Part shown: in pieces, positions 32,640 to 35,993 of the stretch
Position numbering within the stretch: the stretch's first letter is position 1
How the letters are laid out: the number at the start of each line of letters is the position of its first letter
Source of the DNA: Octopus bimaculoides
Lineage: Eukaryota
Assembly: GCF_001194135.2 (NCBI RefSeq)
Contig: NC_068989.1
Span: forward strand, 37,652,416 to 37,688,408
Length of the DNA: 35,993 nt
Reading direction: 5' to 3'
Notes under the pieces: generated by a model
What the model was told of the DNA's origin: nothing
What the model saw: the letters and a program-made list of their open reading frames with translations, nothing else
The model's database searches: none
Position numbers and translations under genes: made by a program

Positions 32640-35350
32640 TGCAAACATATACATATATACATATACATGAACAATCATGGAGCATGTATACATATATATA
32701 CATACATATACAATCATGTATACACACAGACATATATGCGCGCGCGGTGTGTTATATATATACATGCATATGTATAGCGATGTGCGTGGGATTTGGCGAC
32801 AGACGGGAAAAGCGGCTCCCGATAAAATAAAGTATATAGGCTATAGATTTTTATTTATCACACGCACACCTAATACATAGGTGCAAGCGTATCTGCACGT
32901 GTAAACATATGCACAACACAAACGCACACATATATATGCACACAACAACCCATTCAGATGAACACAAACTCCGAATTGCCATTTTCTTAGGGACCGGCTT
33001 AAATTCTTTAAAGTAAAAATTTAAATCCCAGAGAAATACATCGCTCCACATACGCATGCATTCATGTGTGTATGTGTGTGTGTGTGTGTATGTATATATA
33101 TATATATATATATNNNNNNNNNNNNNNNNNNNNNNNNNNNNNNNNNNNNNNNNNNNNNNNNNNNNNNNNNNNNNNNNNNNNNNNNNNNNNNNNNNNNNNN
33201 NNNNNNNNNNNNNNNNNNNNNNNNNNNNNNNNNNNNNNNNNNNNNNNNNNNNNNNNNNNNNNNNNNNNNNNNNNNNNNNNNNNNNNNNNNNNNNNNNNNN
33301 NNNNNNNNNNNNNNNNNNNNNNNNNNNNNNNNNNNNNNNNNNNNNNNNNNNNNNNNNNNNNNNNNNNNNNNNNNNNNNNNNNNNNNNNNNNNNNNNNNNN
33401 NNNNNNNNNNNNNNNNNNNNNNNNNNNNNNNNNNNNNNNNNNNNNNNNNNNNNNNNNNNNNNNNNNNNNNNNNNNNNNNNNNNNNNNNNNNNNNNNNNNN
33501 NNNNNNNNNNNNNNNNNNNNNNNNNNNNNNNNNNNNNNNNNNNNNNNNNNNNNNNNNNNNNNNNNNNNNNNNNNNNNNNNNNNNNNNNNNNNNNNNNNNN
33601 NNNNNNNNNNNNNNNNNNNNNNNNNNNNNNNNNNNNNNNNNNNNNNNNNNNNNNNNNNTATATATATATATATATATATGTGTGTGGGGGGGGGGAGAAT
33701 TCACAAAAAAACAACAGACGAAGACTGGTGGTGTAAACAACAAATATCGTGAACATTTGTAGCATATGAATTAAGGATTTATGTATGTATGTATGTATGT
33801 ATGTATTCGTTATTAGTGACACAAGCAATATTACTTTAGAAAAGTATCCTCTCTCTATACATAACTTAACGTGGGTATATTATAAAAAACTACAAAACTG
33901 CGGCATTTATCTTGTGATAGCATCTAGGATAGACGCTAAATACTAAAATTCACATAGCATATCAGTAACAGACCAAACACGTCCAACAGCGGTTGTGAGA
34001 CTGCTAAGTCTTTGCGCATCATCAGTGACTAGTAATCACTACATACCGCATGCACAGACAAAATTTAGCTATCACTTATATAGAAAAATAGCGATTAACA
34101 AATCATTGGAGTTACAAAGAGCTGGCAGACAAGGTAAAAATATTCAATGGCATTTAACGTTTTGTTTGAAAGATTATTGCATGTAATTAATAATTTTAAT
34201 TGAAGAAAATATTTTTTCAAATATTTTGAGTGTGCTTGTGTATATATATATGCATATTTATATACGTATTATGTAAATATATAAGTATATATATATAAAT
34301 ATATTATATGTATATGTGTGTGTATACATACATACATCTGTATATATATGCATATATATATNNNNNNNNNNNNNNNNNNNNNNNNNNNNNNNNNNNNNNN
34401 NNNNNNNNNNNNNNNNNNNNNNNNNNNNNNNNNNNNNNNNNNNNNNNNNNNNNNNNNNNNNNNNNNNNNNNNNNNNNNNNNNNNNNNNNNNNNNNNNNNN
34501 NNNNNNNNNNNNNNNNNNNNNNNNNNNNNNNNNNNNNNNNNNNNNNNNNNNNNNNNNNNNNNNNNNNNNNNNNNNNNNNNNNNNNNNNNNNNNNNNNNNN
34601 NNNNNNNNNNNNNNNNNNNNNNNNNNNNNNNNNNNNNNNNNNNNNNNNNNNNNNNNNNNNNNNNNNNNNNNNNNNNNNNNNNNNNNNNNNNNNNNNNNNN
34701 NNNNNNNNNNNNNNNNNNNNNNNNNNNNNNNNNNNNNNNNNNNNNNNNNNNNNNNNNNNNNNNNNNNNNNNNNNNNNNNNNNNNNNNNNNNNNNNNNNNN
34801 NNNNNNNNNNNNNNNNNNNNNNNNNNNNNNNNNNNNNNNNNNNNNNNNNNNNNNNNNNNNNNNNNNNNNNNNNNNNNNNNNNNNNNNNNNNNNNNNNNNN
34901 NNNNNNNNNNNNNNNNNNNNNNNNNNNNNNNNNNNNNNNNNNNNNNNNNNNNNNNNNNNNNNNNNNNNNNNNNNNNNNNNNNNNNNNNNNNNNNNNNNNN
35001 NNNNNNNNNNNNNNNNNNNNNNNNNNNNNNNNNNNNNNNNNNNNNNNNNNNNNNNNNNNNNNNNNNNNNNNNNNNNNNNNNNNNNNNNNNNNNNNNNNNN
35101 NNNNNNNNNNNNNNNNNNNNNNNNNNNNNNNNNNNNNNNNNNNNNNNNNNNNNNNNNNNNNNNNNNNNNNNNNNNNNNNNNNNNNNNNNNNNNNNNNNNN
35201 NNNNNNNNNNNNNNNNNNNNNNNNNNNNNNNNNNNNNNNNNNCTTACCATACATCTACGACGCCTATACCTATACATACATACATACATACATACATACA
35301 TACACACATACACACACACGCACACACATTTATATCTATGTATATATTTT
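32640..35350. repeat. Region with several (AT)n/(GT)n/(TATG)n/(CATA)n tracts flanking two gaps
   Basis: Tracts at about 32640-32775, 33060-33113, 33659-33680, 33780-33805, 34240-34361 and 35265-35350. The intervening sequence is unique-looking and unassigned. Confidence 0.85.
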
Positions 35351-35873
35351 ATTAGCGTGTTTATGAATAGAAGAAATCCCATTTGAATAAAAAATTCAAC
35401 GACTTAAAATCAGAGTATTTAAATAAATATTATAAGAATAAGAATTGATTGCAATGTTTTGAGAACGTTTGTATCAATCAAATGTTATTTTAAAAATCTG
35501 TCTGTCGTTTCCCTCTCGCTCTCTCTTTCTCTATATTTACATATCTACATTATACGTGTGCGTGTGTATGCATTTAGTGCTTGTTAACATAATTTCGAGC
35601 TCTCTCCCACTCTATTACTTAAATTAGGCATGACTCCACTTCCTTTCTCCCCTTCCTTTCTTCACTCCACCGTGTCCCTCTGATTTACAACGAACACCTC
35701 TAACTTGAAAGAAGCATAACGAATTGGCTATCTGTTTCCCCATATTAATGACCTACACAGATACAAAAACAAGCTGTTTGTGGTTGTCGAAAAAATATGA
35801 AATACGAAACATATTTAATTTCATGTATAGATATAAGGTTTTGAATCAATCGAGAAAAAAATTATCTTGCTTC

Positions 35874-35929
35874 TCTTGCAAGGAAGCTCAATCTTGCAAG
35901 GAAGCTCAATCTTGCAAGGAAGCTCAATC
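35874..35929. repeat. Perfect 18-bp x3 minisatellite
   Basis: tcttgcaaggaagctcaa at 35874, 35892 and 35910, followed by tc. Confidence 0.95.
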
Positions 35930-35993
35930 AACGACTCACATTTTTACACACACACACACACACACAGTATTCATATATATATTGTGGATATAT

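Noticed and set aside
4025-35386. Long ORFs filled with X in the supplied track (around 4025-5187, 15123-15527, 29525-30315, 32851-33828, 34258-35386)
   Set aside because: They stay open only because N runs contain no stop codons. Only the CR1 fragment at 5029-5190 is real coding-derived sequence.
35874-35929. CRISPR-like array
   Set aside because: The repeats have no spacers, there are no cas genes, and the context is eukaryotic.

Overview
This is AT-rich, microsatellite-dense eukaryotic genomic DNA from a gapped assembly: six N-gaps, most flanked by simple repeats. The SINE families resemble those I recall from octopus genomes, so the source is probably a cephalopod (inference, no database check). 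I found no intact host gene, rRNA, tRNA or CRISPR array. The window is mostly decayed transposons: two RTE 3' ends, CR1-like, R4/Dong-like, hAT and mariner relics, a piggyBac-like MITE, a foldback element, six SINE copies and a Penelope-like terminus. The most interesting structure is 21591-28670, a head-to-tail array of four diverged Tx1/L1-clade modules. Two modules (B, C) look like complete ORF1-only elements with their own 3' UTRs, one (A) is internally deleted, and only the last (D) carries endonuclease and reverse transcriptase. A 17-bp motif, GTTRTTAVAATCATCTG, marks the left boundary and two internal junctions, suggesting site-specific or self-targeted stacking analogous to Drosophila HeT-A/TART or HAL1. 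Other notable items are a minimal hammerhead-ribozyme motif (9155-9200, minus strand), a perfect 108-bp-arm palindrome (16414-16647), an RTE insertion with an approximately 82-bp flanking duplication plus a displaced copy of its 5' junction, a mariner carrying an RFX X-box, and a TTAGGG G-quadruplex motif enclosed by a 26-bp inverted repeat. All motif calls come from manual reading and translation.
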